Origin: Sphyrna mokarran
Taxonomy: Eukaryota
DNA: 64,000 nucleotides
Assembly: GCA_024679065.1 (NCBI GenBank)
Contig: JAGIQG010000003.1
Span: forward strand, 105,586,001-105,650,000
Direction: 5' to 3'
This document shows, piece by piece, positions 12,560 through 23,982 of this stretch (position 1 is the stretch's first letter; each line of letters starts with the position of its first letter). A program made the position numbers and the translations under genes. The notes beneath the pieces were generated by a model. That model saw only the letters and a program-made list of their open reading frames with translations. It was not told where the DNA came from and did no database searches.

Positions 12560-15520
12560 CTCTCTCTCTTGATCATCTTGTATGCCTCTATTAAGTCACC
12601 TCTTAACCTTCTTCTCACTAATGAAAGTAGCCTCAAGTCCCTCAGCCTTTCCTCATAAGATCTTCCCACCATACCAGAAACATCCTGGTAAATCTCTTTT
12701 GCACCCTTTCCATTGCTTCCACATCCTTCCTATAATGCAGAACTGTATGCAATACTCTAAGTATGGCCGCACCAAAGTTTTGTACAGCTGCAATATGACT
12801 TCATGGCTCCAAAGTGCAATCCCTCTACCAATAAAAGCTAACACACTGTACACCTTCTTAACAACTCTATCAACCTGGGTGCCAACTTTCAGGGATCTAT
12901 GCACATGAACACCAAGATCTCTCTGCTCAGCCACACTACCAAGTATCTTACCATTAGCCCAGTACTCTCTATTTCTGTTACTCCTTCCAAGTGAATCATC
13001 TCACACTTTTCCACATTAACCTCAATTTGCCACCTCTCAGCTCAGCTCTGCAGCTTAGTTATATCCCTCTGTAGCCTACAACATCCGTCCGCACTATCCA
13101 CAACTCTATCAGCTTTAGTATCATGCTCAAATTTACTAACCCATTCTTCTATTCCCTCATTCAGATCATTTATAAAAATGATAAACAGCAATGGCCTCCA
13201 ATCAGATCCTTGCAGTACACCACTAGTAACTGAACTCCAGGATGAACATTTTCCATCAACCACCACCCTCTGTCTTCTTCCAGCTAGCCAATTTCTGATC
13301 TAAATCATGCTCAATCCCATGCCTCCATATTTTCTGCAATAGCTGACCATGGGGGAATCTTAAGAAATGCTTTACTGAAATCCATATACATCACATCAAC
13401 TGCTTTACCTTCATCCACCTCTTTGATCACTTTCTCACACAACTCAATAAGGGTTGTTAGGCATGACATACCCTCACAAAACCATGTTGACTATCCCTAA
13501 ACAGATTATTCCTTTCTAGATGATTATAAATCCTATCTCTTATAATCCTTTCCAAAACTTTGCCATTACAGAAGTAAGGCTCACTGGTCTATAATTATCA
13601 GGGTTGCTTCTACTCCCCTTCTTGAACAAGGGGGCAACTTTTGCCATCCTCCAGTCTTCTGGCACTATTCCTGTAGACAATTACGACATAAAGTGCAGAG
13701 CCTTTGGCTTTGATATTTCCTCCCTTGTTTCCCAAAGAATCCTAGGATAAATCCCATCTGCTCCAAGGGATTTATCTATTTTCACACTTTCCAGAAATGC
13801 TAACACCACCTCCTTATGAACCTCAATCCTGTGTAATCTAATACCCTGTATCTCAGTATTCTCCTCGACAACATTGTCTTTTTCCTGTGCGAATACTGAC
13901 GAAAAATATTCATTTAGCACCTCTCCTATCTCTTTGGACTCCATGCACGACTTCCCACTACTGTCCTTGACAGGCCTTAATCTTACCGTAGTGATTCTTT
14001 TATTCCTGACATACCTATAGAAAGCTTTAGGGTTTTTCTTGAGCCTAATTGCCAAAGACTTCTCATGTCCCCTCCTGGCTCTTCTTAGCTCTCTCTTTAG
14101 ATCCTTCCTGGCTACCTTGTAACTGTCAGGCACCTTAACTGAGCCTTCACATCTCATCTTTACATAAGTCTCCTTCTTCCTCTTCACAAGAGATTCAACT
14201 TCTTTAGTAAACCATGGTTCCCTTGCTTGATTACTTCCTCCCTGCCTGACAGGTACAAACTTATCAAGGACACGCTGTAACTGTTCCTTGAACAAGCTCC
14301 ACATTTAAATTGTCCCCTGCAGTTTCCTTCCACATTCTATGCATCCTAAATCTCACCTAATTGCATCATAATTTCCTATCCCTCAGCTATAACTCTTGCC
14401 TTGCGGTATATATCTATCTCCTTTCATCACTAATGTAAACGTAACCGAATTGCGTCACCGTCACCAAAGTGCTCACCTATTCCCAAATCTCTCACTGGGC
14501 TGGTTCATTTCCCAGTCCCAAATCTACTGTTGGCCTATGAACATACTGTGTCAGGAAACCCTCTTGCACACTTGAACAAAAACTAAAGTACTAGAAGTAC
14601 AGCATTTCCAGTCAATATTTGTAAATTTAAAGTCCCCCATAACAACTATCCTGTTACTTTCGTTCCTATTCAGAATCATCTTTGCAATCCTTTCCTCTAC
14701 ATCTCTGGAATTTTTCAGAAAACTCCCAATAGTGTGACCTCTCCTTTCCTGTTTCTAATCTCAGCCCATACTACCTCAGTCCCTCATCAAACATTCTTTC
14801 TGGCAATGTAATACTATCCTTGACTAACAATGCCACAACTTCCCTTCTTTTACCACCTTCCCTGATATTACTGAAACATCTAAATCCTTGAACGTGCAAC
14901 GACCATTCCCGTCCTGTTCTATCCATGTTGTTGAAATTGCCACAACACTGAAGTTCCAGATACCAACCCACACTGCAAGTTCACCCACCTTATTCCGGAA
15001 GCTCCTGGCATTGAAGTAGGCACACTTCCAACCACCTTCCTGCCTGCCGGTATATTCCTGTGACCTTAAAACCTTATTGACCTCACTACTCTCAACCTCC
15101 CCTACACTGGAGTTACAATTCAGATTCCCATTCCCCTGCTGAATTAGTTTAAACCTTCATGAAGATCATTAGCAAACTTCCCCCCAGGATATTGGTATCC
15201 CTTGGTTCAGCTGTAGACCATCCCTTTTGTAGAAGCACACCTACCCCAGAATGAGCCCTAATTATCCAGGTATTTGAATCCCTCCCTCACCATCCCTGCA
15301 CCATCACTATAGCCATGTGTTCAACTGCTCTCGCTCCTAGCACGTGGCACAGGTAACAAACCAGAGATAACAACTCTGTTTGTTCTAGCTCTAAGCTTCC
15401 ACCCTAACTCCCTGAATTTCTGTCTTACATCCCCATCCCTTTTCTGATCAATGTCATTAGTACCTATGTGCACCATGACTTGGGGGAGGTCGCCCTTCCC
15501 CTTAAGGATCTCGAAAACAC
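12560..15520 (-). mobile_element. Older near-complete CR1 ORF2 (endonuclease, tether, RT), degraded
   Basis: ORFs 14771-14971 (EN: REGGKRREVVALLVKDSI), 13681-14304 (PWFTKEV, KNPKAFYRYV), 13042-13266, 12653-12934. Confidence 0.9.
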
Positions 15521-15529
15521 ATTAACAGA

Positions 15530-16125
15530 GTAAATGAAATAGAGAAGCAAAGGGATGTAAGGTAGTGATATGATAGTGACACAGGTCAACAAGACCATCA
15601 AAAAAAGTAAAGAGTTCATTTTTGGTGGCATGTAACTGAAAAGATATAAGTTTTGTTGAGCCTATCTCAAATGTTGTTTAGGTTACATTTGGAGTACAGC
15701 ACATCTTTCTGACCTTGCAGAAGATGCAACAAATCCTCAAGAGTAATGCCAAAAACAGACAGGATGCAACCTGTTGGAAAGACAAGGAGTCTTTTCTTTC
15801 AAATAGTCTGAGAATAGATTAGACAGAGAAAATATTTCCCCTTCATTAAATCCAAGACTAGGGAGCATAAAAACAAGATTATCACTACTAAGTATAATAA
15901 AGAAATTAAGGCAAAATTCATTTACCTAGAGAGAAGGTGGAACATGGAATATACTACCACAAAGATGGTGAAGGCAAACAGCAGAAATGATGAATTAAAG
16001 GGAAAAGAAGGATATGGTGAAAGGGTTAGGCAAAGAAAGGTGGGAGGAGACTCTTATAGAACATAAATGCTGATATAAATTAAATGGGCCAAATGGCCTG
16101 ATTCTGGGTATAGACTCAATGGAAC
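15530..16125 (+). mobile_element. Old CR1 3' fragment
   Basis: Decayed LVR.HLEY region (~15675-15700) and GGGCCAAATGGCCTG 3' motif at ~16086. Confidence 0.6.
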
Positions 16126-16751
16126 ATGATGTAAATATTAATAATCGTGTATCTGTGATGACAGAATGAATAAATATTTATCTGAAATCCAGTGTATGGG
16201 ATACAAGGGCTACATTTCATTATATGCTTAGGCATCATGTAGAAAAGGGTGAATGCCATAGTAGAAGCTTTCTGGTGTCCTGTAAGCAACATATTTATAG
16301 CAATAGAGCTTAATTATCCTGTACCATCTGGTGATCACTGTCTGTTGCGAATAGATAACTCTCTACTGACATGGAATCAAAATACTGCATGGTTTAAGCC
16401 ATTGCTTTTTCCTCAGCCACTATTATTTTTAATACAGAGAATGCAGCCCAGTCTTGTGTTTATTCACTCATAGATATAGGCATTTCTGACAAGGTTGGCA
16501 TTTATTGCCCATGACTATTCAACTACTGCAGTCCATGTGGTATAGGCAAACCTATAATACAGTTAAGAAAGGAGTTCAATGGTTTTGAAGGAATGGTGAT
16601 ATATTTCCAATGTCAGGATGAAATGCAACAAGGTGGGAAATGTTCACGTGTCTGCTGCCCTGGTTCTACTTGGTAAAAGGGAGAAGTGAAGGGTTTGGAA
16701 AGTGCTATTGAAGAGGCCTTTGCAAGTTACTAAGGCATAGCTTGTCGCTGG

Positions 16752-17089
16752 TATAGAATCATAGAAACATACAGTGCAGGAGGAGGCCATTCGGCCCATC
16801 AAGTCTTTACCAGCTCTCTGACAGAACATCTTACCTAGGTCCTATCCCCATAATCCCACATATTTAACTCTGACGTATACTGGGACACTAAGGGACAATT
16901 TAGCATGGCTGATCTACCTAACCTGCACAACTTTAGACTGTAGGAGGAAATTGGAGCACGTGGAGGAAACCCATACGGGCATGGAGAGAATATGCAACCT
17001 CCACACAAACGGTCACTCAAGATCCAAATTGTACCTGGGTCCCTGGTGCTGCAAGGCAGCAGTGCTAACCACTGTACCACTATGCCATC
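16752..17089 (-). mobile_element. HE1-type V-SINE
   Basis: tRNA head, V core, CR1-like tail GGGCCGAATGGCCTCCTCCTGCACTGTATGTTTCTATGATTCTAT. Confidence 0.9.
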
Positions 17090-17361
17090 TGGTATACACT
17101 GCTGCCACTGCATTAGAGGAATTCAGATTCAGGTTTACATCACAGAGACTCTTCATCATGCTGGAAGTGGCCAAAAAATGAAAGTCTCAACCCCAAAAAA
17201 AGCTATTTCCCATTTTCCAGAGGCGGCAGTTCAGCTTTCACACTCGCACAGTTCATAAAGATGGCTGACAATTTAGAACTGTCTCCACTGAAATCAGGTA
17301 TTGATAGTTCAAGAGGGTGAAACCAGAAGCGTTCAGAATAAACCCATTAAGAGCAGCTCTG

Positions 17362-17705
17362 AGTCATAGAGTCACAGAGGTTTACAGCTTAGAAACAGGC
17401 CCTTCTGCCCAACTTGTCCATGCTGCCCTTTTTTTTTTGAATGTCTAAGTTAATTCCAGTTGTCTGCATTTGGCACATGGCTGTCTATACCCACCCTACC
17501 CATGTAACTACCTAACTGCTTTTCGAAAGACAAAATTGTACTGCCTTTATTAATACCTCAGTTAGCTTGTTCCAGACACTCACCATGCTCTGTGTGGAAA
17601 AAATTGCTCTTCTGTATCTCTCCCCTCTCAGCTTAAACTCATGCCCTCTAGTTTTAGACTCCCTCATCTTTGGGAAAAGATATTGACTATCTAGCTGATC
17701 TGTGC
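17362..17705 (-). mobile_element. CR1 3' fragment
   Basis: ORF 17512-17724 ESKTRGHEFKLRGERY...VWNKL; CR1 tail. Confidence 0.85.
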
Positions 17706-17899
17706 CCCAAATTTCTGGATTCATTTGGACAACTAGTTAGGTTTCTGGTTAATAGTAGCCCTCAATGTCGATAGCAGGGATTCGGTGAAGGTAATCCAAT
17801 ATCAGAGGGAGATGATTAACCTCTCACTTCTTGGAGACTGTCATTGCCGAGCACTTGAGTGGCAACAACAACCATTTCCAACAAAAGGTAAATCATAAC

Positions 17900-19405
17900 A
17901 AGAACAGAGGATGTTAGAAAAACTCAGCAGGGCGAGCAGCATCTGTTTTGAGTCCTTTTAGTTGTTCATCAGAACTGAAGAGAGAGAAAATGTGTTAGAT
18001 ATTAAAGTGTAGATATGAGAAATCACAACAAAAAGTAGAACCAAAGATAGTTGGGGCTGAATTTTCCAGCTGTGCTTACCCCAAAACTGGAAAATCTTGC
18101 CCAAGGTCAACAGACGTTTTCATGGTCAGCCCTTTGCCATCTACAATTTCCATAGTGGGCGGAACAGGAAATTTCACTCCATGGTGTGAAAGCATGGAAG
18201 AAGTAAGATGGGGGTTTACAATGGGGCAATGCATGTATGGGATATTTTTAAAAAGGTGTTTAAGTTGGGGGCAAAAAGTCACAATCTAAAGTATTCAAAA
18301 CTCAATGTTGAGTCTCAAGGGCTGCAACATGCCCAATCAGAAGATGAGACTTTGCTCCTCCAGTTTGTGTTGGGCTTCACTGGAGCATTGCAATAGGCCA
18401 AGGGCTGACATGTGAGCATGAGAACAAGGTGCTGAATTAAAATGGCAAAGAACAGGAAGATGGGAGTCACACTTGCAGACTGAATGAAAGTGTTCCACAA
18501 AGTAGTCATTCAGTCTGTGTTTAGTCTCCTCAAGGTAGAGGAGATTGCGTTAGGAGCAGTGAATACTATAGACTAAATTGAAGGAAGTACAAGTGAAATG
18601 TTGTTTAACTGGAAAAGAATGTTTGGGGCCTTGAATGATGAGGAGGGAGGAAATAAAGGGGCAGGTATTACACCTGCTGTAATTGTGAGTGAAGGTGTGG
18701 TGTGAAAGGGATGGGGAGTTAAGAGCAATGAAGGAGTGGACCAGAGTGTCATAGAAGGAGTGGCTCAAATGTAATGCTGATTGACAGGAGTAGGTGTTTG
18801 GGGGCGCAGTGGGGTGAAAATGTGTTTTGTGGTAGCATCATGCTGGAGTTGGCGGAAATAGTGGAGAATGATCCTTTGAATACAAGACTGGTGGGGTGGG
18901 AAGTGAGGACAAGGAGAAGCCTATCATTGTTCTGAGAGAACAGGGAAAGGGTGAGGGCAAAGCTGCAGGAAATGGGCTGAACACAGAGAGGAAGAGCTTC
19001 AGTTAAGGAAAAGTACAGAAATGTCAGAAGCACCATTTCCAAAGATGGCATCACAGAACAGGTGTGATGGGGGCGGAGAAGCAGTGAGAAGGGGATGAGG
19101 TCCTTACTGGGAGAAGTGTGAGGGTAGCTGTAGGAGTCTGGAGTGATGATCAATCTATCACTAGAAATAGAGACAGAAGTCAAGGAAGGGAAGTATTGGA
19201 GGTGGACCATGTGAAGGTGAGGTGAGGGGCAGGTGGAAACTGTAAGAAAAAAGAATTGATAAATTGGTCCATGTCTGGACAATAGCATGAAGCAGCATCA
19301 ATGTAATGGAAAAAGAGTTACGGGAGCAGGCCTGAGTAAGACTAGAACAAGGAATGATCCCCACAAAAGACAGACTTAACTGGGGCCTATGTGGGTACCT
19401 ATAGC
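17900..19405 (-). mobile_element. Penelope-like element (RT C-terminus, GIY-YIG endonuclease, pseudo-LTR), degraded
   Basis: ORF 18550-18768 RCNTCPFISSLLIIQGPKHSFPVKQHFTCTSFNLVYSIHCS is the Zn-knuckle/GIY-YIG junction; LVLTSHP motif in ORF 18749-19288; 3' end has CTGATGA...GACTCAAAACAGATGCTGCTCGCCCTGCTGAG. Confidence 0.85.
18053..18181. mobile_element. Small MITE (Harbinger-type TIRs) inside the Penelope element
   Basis: Imperfect terminal inverted repeats GGGGCTGAATTTTCC / GGAAATTTCACTCC. Confidence 0.6.
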
Positions 19406-20124
19406 TAAATTATAACTTTGCACAGAAATTGGATAGAGATATTATGCCACCAGAATAGAGATATATATTTATCAGGAACAAAAATATCATTTCACTATAT
19501 TGTTTTTCATTGCCCCTCTTCAAATATAAAAGTATATAAAATATAAATGTATAATCAAAAATGACTAAAGATGTAGATAAAGGGCTAATAGGTAGTTAAT
19601 AAAACATTCAAAATACAGCAGAAGTATTGTAATGTGGGACGTCCATAAGCAACACCTTGTCAATCCTCATCAGAACCCCATCTAAATCAAAGGGAGGTGA
19701 TTAGTTGAATGTAAGAGGAAGGTACCCACGCTAGCACCCACAGAACCAGCGAGATTTCAGACGGTTGAGTGGCTCTGCCAGTGTGGGTGGATACAAGTTA
19801 AAGTCCGAACCAGTTTAACAGGAAGAAATTTCTCCAAAGGCATCTCTTCACATATCTCACCAAATCCAAGTGGTAACCAATGCATTTTAGATTGATTGAT
19901 TGCTATTGGAAAATGGCACATGCAAATACATCTGCTGTATTTTAGTTTGCTTCATTGATGTTGTACAGTATTGTACATTCTTGTAACCACTAGTTTCATC
20001 TTCTTTATTTTAGTTCAATAATAGCCTCTTTCTGCACTGCATAGATCTTATGATTATCACACAAAGTAATTTCCAACATAATAATAATTTTCCTGCCATT
20101 ACAATGAAGTCAATACCTTTTTTG

Positions 20125-20143
20125 AATCACCAGAGGGCACTGT
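20125..20143 (+). promoter_or_regulatory. Candidate CTCF site
   Basis: TCACCAGAGGGCACTG matches the CCASYAGRKGGCRS core apart from its first base; lies in a TE-poor stretch. Motif match only. Confidence 0.4.
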
Positions 20144-20970
20144 CACCTTTGTTACTGTATGAAAAGGTCAAGTGAATAAACAATCTGGTGGTGATCGAGC
20201 CAAGAAATTGTGCTGCAGATATATCAAGGGCAAGAATCCAGAACACAAATCTTTAACAGGAGAAAAACAATTTATTTCTCTGCAAATCATTTAATTTGAT
20301 CGTATGTTAAACTCCTTGCTGTTTCGCAGAATTGGAAGCAGAGTAACCTGAAGGGAACAGGAGCAACCGGTGAGTTGCTTCCCTTCGAGCAACGCTGAAG
20401 CTACCTTCTTGTTTCTGTTCCTGCTCTCAGCTCATCATCCTACCAGAATTTGGATTGGCCTGTGCTAATGTCCCACTATATCAAATGTGAATGATCCTGT
20501 AATCTTTAACTGAGGAAGAAGAGCATAGCAGATTGCCTGAGTCAGTTGCATGTTCATAAGGGATTGGTCGTAAATACCCTGAGTGATCAGATATTGAGAA
20601 TTTCCTCAGTGTCCCTCCTATTGATTCACACCATTTCCCCATGCTGCCACTTTTGCTTTATTGACAGCAGACGAATAGGTGAAAATCATTAATGTTCATT
20701 CCCATTGTTTATTAATTTGTCAAAATCTTTGTGTTTCTATATACAGAAGAATCAAGTGCACATCCAGCACTGTAATGTTGCCAACAGTGAGGAGTGACTA
20801 GCACTCGATTTGAAGGCCTGTTGTTACTGTTCAGTTTTTCTAATTCATAAGTTGGAAAGTGAATATCCGTTGTGTCTCTTGCAGATGCTGAACACTTACA
20901 GAAAAAAGCAATGAAAATTCGACTGACAGGTTGCAGAGGGGCTCTTCATCCAATGGTTCACTTACTCAGA

Positions 20971-21254
20971 TTTTTTTTTCCAATTCAATCAAACGAAGTC
21001 CAATTCAGAGTCTCAACAAGTGAATCATTCCTGATCCAAGCTGACAAGACAGGGCTCTCACCCACTGTCTTGGGCTTGATCTACATGATCCAAGCTGATT
21101 GGAGTAGGCACTGTGCTTCCTCCAAGGCTTGATCTCATTCGCATCTTAACCAAAAGGCTGAGATCCCAATTTTGAAAATTGCTTCAAATGAAGCTAAAAT
21201 GACTTCCACTAAGTCATACTACACTTGATCTTAGATAAAAGGCCGAAAAGCGAT
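20971..21254 (-). mobile_element. Putative U2-headed, multi-hairpin, A-tailed retroposon
   Basis: U2(1-39), three small hairpins, second U2 stem-loop I, two related long hairpins, tail ending GG(A)9. No TSD seen. Confidence 0.55.
21216..21254 (-). ncRNA. RNU2: U2 snRNA 5' fragment (nt 1-39), pseudogene or element head
   Basis: Minus strand ATCGCTTTTCGGCCTTTTATCTAAGATCAAGTGTAGTAT versus U2 ATCGCTTCTCGGCCTTTTGGCTAAGATCAAGTGTAGTAT: 36 of 39 identical. Confidence 0.9.
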
Positions 21255-22689
21255 AGTCTCCTATCTCCTGTTGTGTAAATCTTGAAGGAATCCACAATCC
21301 AGATTGAGAATAAATGTAACTAGTACAACATAATGTGAAGAACATCTTGGTGACTGTGGCTGCCCAGATCAACTCAGGTTCAAAATATCAGGAAGTGGCT
21401 CTGTAGGAGCATTTTCTGTTTCTGGAGTGACTAAAGTTACTGTTTCCGCACAAAGTCTGAAAAGCCCCTTAGCTTAAGGTATTCGAGGCTTAATTGAGAT
21501 GATGCAGATGATCATATGCAGATCATTAAACAAAATGAGCCTGTGCCAATGCTGATGGTCAGAGGGAGTGAGTGCAGATGTGGCTTCTCCTAACATTGCC
21601 AGTAAATTCTGCATCAATACAGAACACCTGTCTGATACAAACAAATTTATTTGAATGTTCCAGTGTCATGACACTAGCAGATCCTCGAGGGCACCAACTT
21701 CACTGAAACAAGTGCAACTTAAGTCTTTTAAGAGCTCCATTGGTACAATCATACCATAGACTCCAAAATCTGTTGCCACTAATGTGGGGGTGAAAAGGTA
21801 AAAATTATTTTGGTTAAATGCTCCTTAGCAAAATAAAGTACCAAGCAGGAAGAAGACAAAAGTAATAGTAGAAGGTGTGGACAGAGTAAGAAATGGGACA
21901 GAACACAAGGTGAGGGTGAGATATGGGATCTACATGGGTGTGAACAATGCCTATTGCATATACTCATGGGAAGTAAGTAATCAGAGACTGAGATATATGT
22001 TTTGCACATGACTTTAAGTGACAAAGTTAGAAGTGGATAATGAAAGGTGCATGTGACCAGCTGTGCATAGAGATATGACTTTGTTATAAGCCTTCAAAGT
22101 CAGTCTTGGAGGGCCTGACTGTTTCTCCCTTCGTATGATTGGAATAAAGCTTTGAAACCTGTTTCTGAGTTTTCTCTGGTGGCGATTGAGCTGTCTCAAA
22201 ACAAGGGGGTTATTGAGCACAATGAAGGGATAAGATGGTAATACACATACTGAATTGGACCTCATAAAAGCAGCTCACAAAGATCCAGCTGTCTCTTTCA
22301 CACATTTCCCTGTGTTAAATCCAAAGTCAAGCCAAGGCGATTGCAGGTGAGATATCCAGAAAGTGACAATGTCAAATGCATTGAAACCCCTCACTTTTAA
22401 TTAAAATTTACAGAAATCAAAATTAATGACTGAGATACATAGCTGGAATTACAGGGAAAATTGAAAAAGCACAAACAAACTTTAAAAATGCTTGCTTATA
22501 AATTGTGGATGTTTGTATCATAAGAGAAATATAACATTCAAGAAACATAAAATAGTTTTCCAAGAAATGTGAAGATGTTTAGGACTCATTATGAAACTTA
22601 GTACACCTCATTCAAAAGATGTAACTTTTAGAAATGTATTTATACCAAGAGCATAAAAGAACACATCCTCATCAATTCCCTAACTTTTA

Positions 22690-22830
22690 ATTTTTTAAAA
22701 ATCTTTCATGAGATGTGAGCATTGCTGGCTGGGCCAACATTTCTTGCCCATCGCTAACTGCCCTTGAGAATGTGGTGAGCTGCCTTCTTGAACCTCTGAA
22801 ATCATGTACTGTAAGTGCACCCTCAGTTGA
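22690..22830 (-). mobile_element. 3' end of CR1-group LINE / DeuSINE-like tail
   Basis: Minus strand GGGCAAGAAATGTTGGCCCAGCCAGCAATGCTCACATCTCATGAAAG matches the tail at 54555-54600. Confidence 0.7.
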
Positions 22831-22897
22831 TTGATTGATTTGTGGATTGTGGTCAGGGTAACTTCAAACATGTACCCTGAAGATTAACATGGAATTG

Positions 22898-23114
22898 CTA
22901 ACCACAACGACAGGATTTCCACCTTTAATTGCATATGCGCAGATTCCAGAAAGAGAAGTTGATGGTGAATTCCTGTGTGATCACACAGGAATACTGCTAT
23001 GTGGGCAGAATTGAGCAAATTGCTCTCATTGTGCCTGTGGGTGGTGGGCCTCTATTAAGCTCATTCAGCTGCTGCTAATGGTTTTTTATCAGATACATTG
23101 AGTGCCATTGCCAA
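22898..23114. repeat. Unclassified ~220-bp interspersed element, copy 1
   Basis: Aligns over its length with 24915-25124. Confidence 0.85.
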
Positions 23115-23625
23115 GATATAATGCTTTTCAGTTTACAGTAACATCTGTGTGCTGTTTATTTTCAGTAAAACATCAATTTAATGTAAAAGATCATTTAAAA
23201 GTGTAAATGTAATTGGGGAAAATATTAAAATGCTATGAAAGTAACTGTAATAAAATACTGAAATATTAATAGACACCAGCAAAACATTTGTGGTGCAATT
23301 AGTATCTTTATTGCACAGTGTCTTAAATTCCATCCTGCCTTTGCCACTATCCCTCTCAAGCTACGCCCATCTCATTATTTTCATCGTCCTCAACTCAACC
23401 CTTCTTTCTATAGCATCTTCAGCCTCATTCATACCTCCCATGCCATGCTGTCCCCTCCCCAATGCTATTACCCCAACTCCATGCCCTCCTGTTCGGCTGC
23501 AGTTGCTACACTGTTGGGATCACCTTATCTTCCACATTCCATTTTAGTTTTTCTCCATCCCACATCTAACCCATCTCTACCTGTGCACACTCCAGTCATC
23601 AACACATAAAACAGATATGCTTTAA

Positions 23626-23982
23626 GGGTAGTGTGGTGGCACAGTGGTTAGCCTAAGCTGCCTCATAGTATCAGGGACCCAGGTTCAATTCCAGCCTTGG
23701 GTGACTGTCTTTTCGGAGTTTGCACATTCTCTCCGTGTCTGTATGGGTTTCTTCCCAGGTGCTCTAATTTCCTCCCACAGTCTAAAGATGTGTAATTAAG
23801 TGGATTGGCTATGCTGATTGTTGCTTCATGTCTTAAGACATGTAGATTAGGTGGATTTGTGGGGTAAATACATTGGGTAATGGGGGATAGGACCTGGCCA
23901 AGATGCTCTGTCTGTTTGTAAGATATATCAGTGTAGACATGATGGGCCGAATGGCCTTCAACATTGTAGGAATTCTATGATT
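23626..23982 (+). mobile_element. HE1-type V-SINE
   Basis: GTGGCACAGTGGTTAG...GGGACCCAGGTTCAATTCC head, GGAGTTTGCACATTCTC core, tail ATTCTATGATTC. Confidence 0.9.

Larger units (their letters stand above)
16470..17880 (-). mobile_element. Fragmented CR1-group LINE 3' region interrupted by an HE1 SINE and a CR1 end
   Basis: 16470-16750, ~17090-17130 and 17720-17880 parallel the 37115-37900 element. Confidence 0.6.

Noticed and set aside
19660-19675. CTGATGAGG on the minus strand as a hammerhead core
   Set aside because: No stem II or GAAA box follows.
21032-21134. Twin hairpins as an H/ACA snoRNA or SECIS element
   Set aside because: No ANANNA hinge or terminal ACA box, and no SECIS quartet with apical AA spacing.
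22014-22265. 83-aa minus-strand ORF as a host exon
   Set aside because: Weak splice signals and no recognisable homology.
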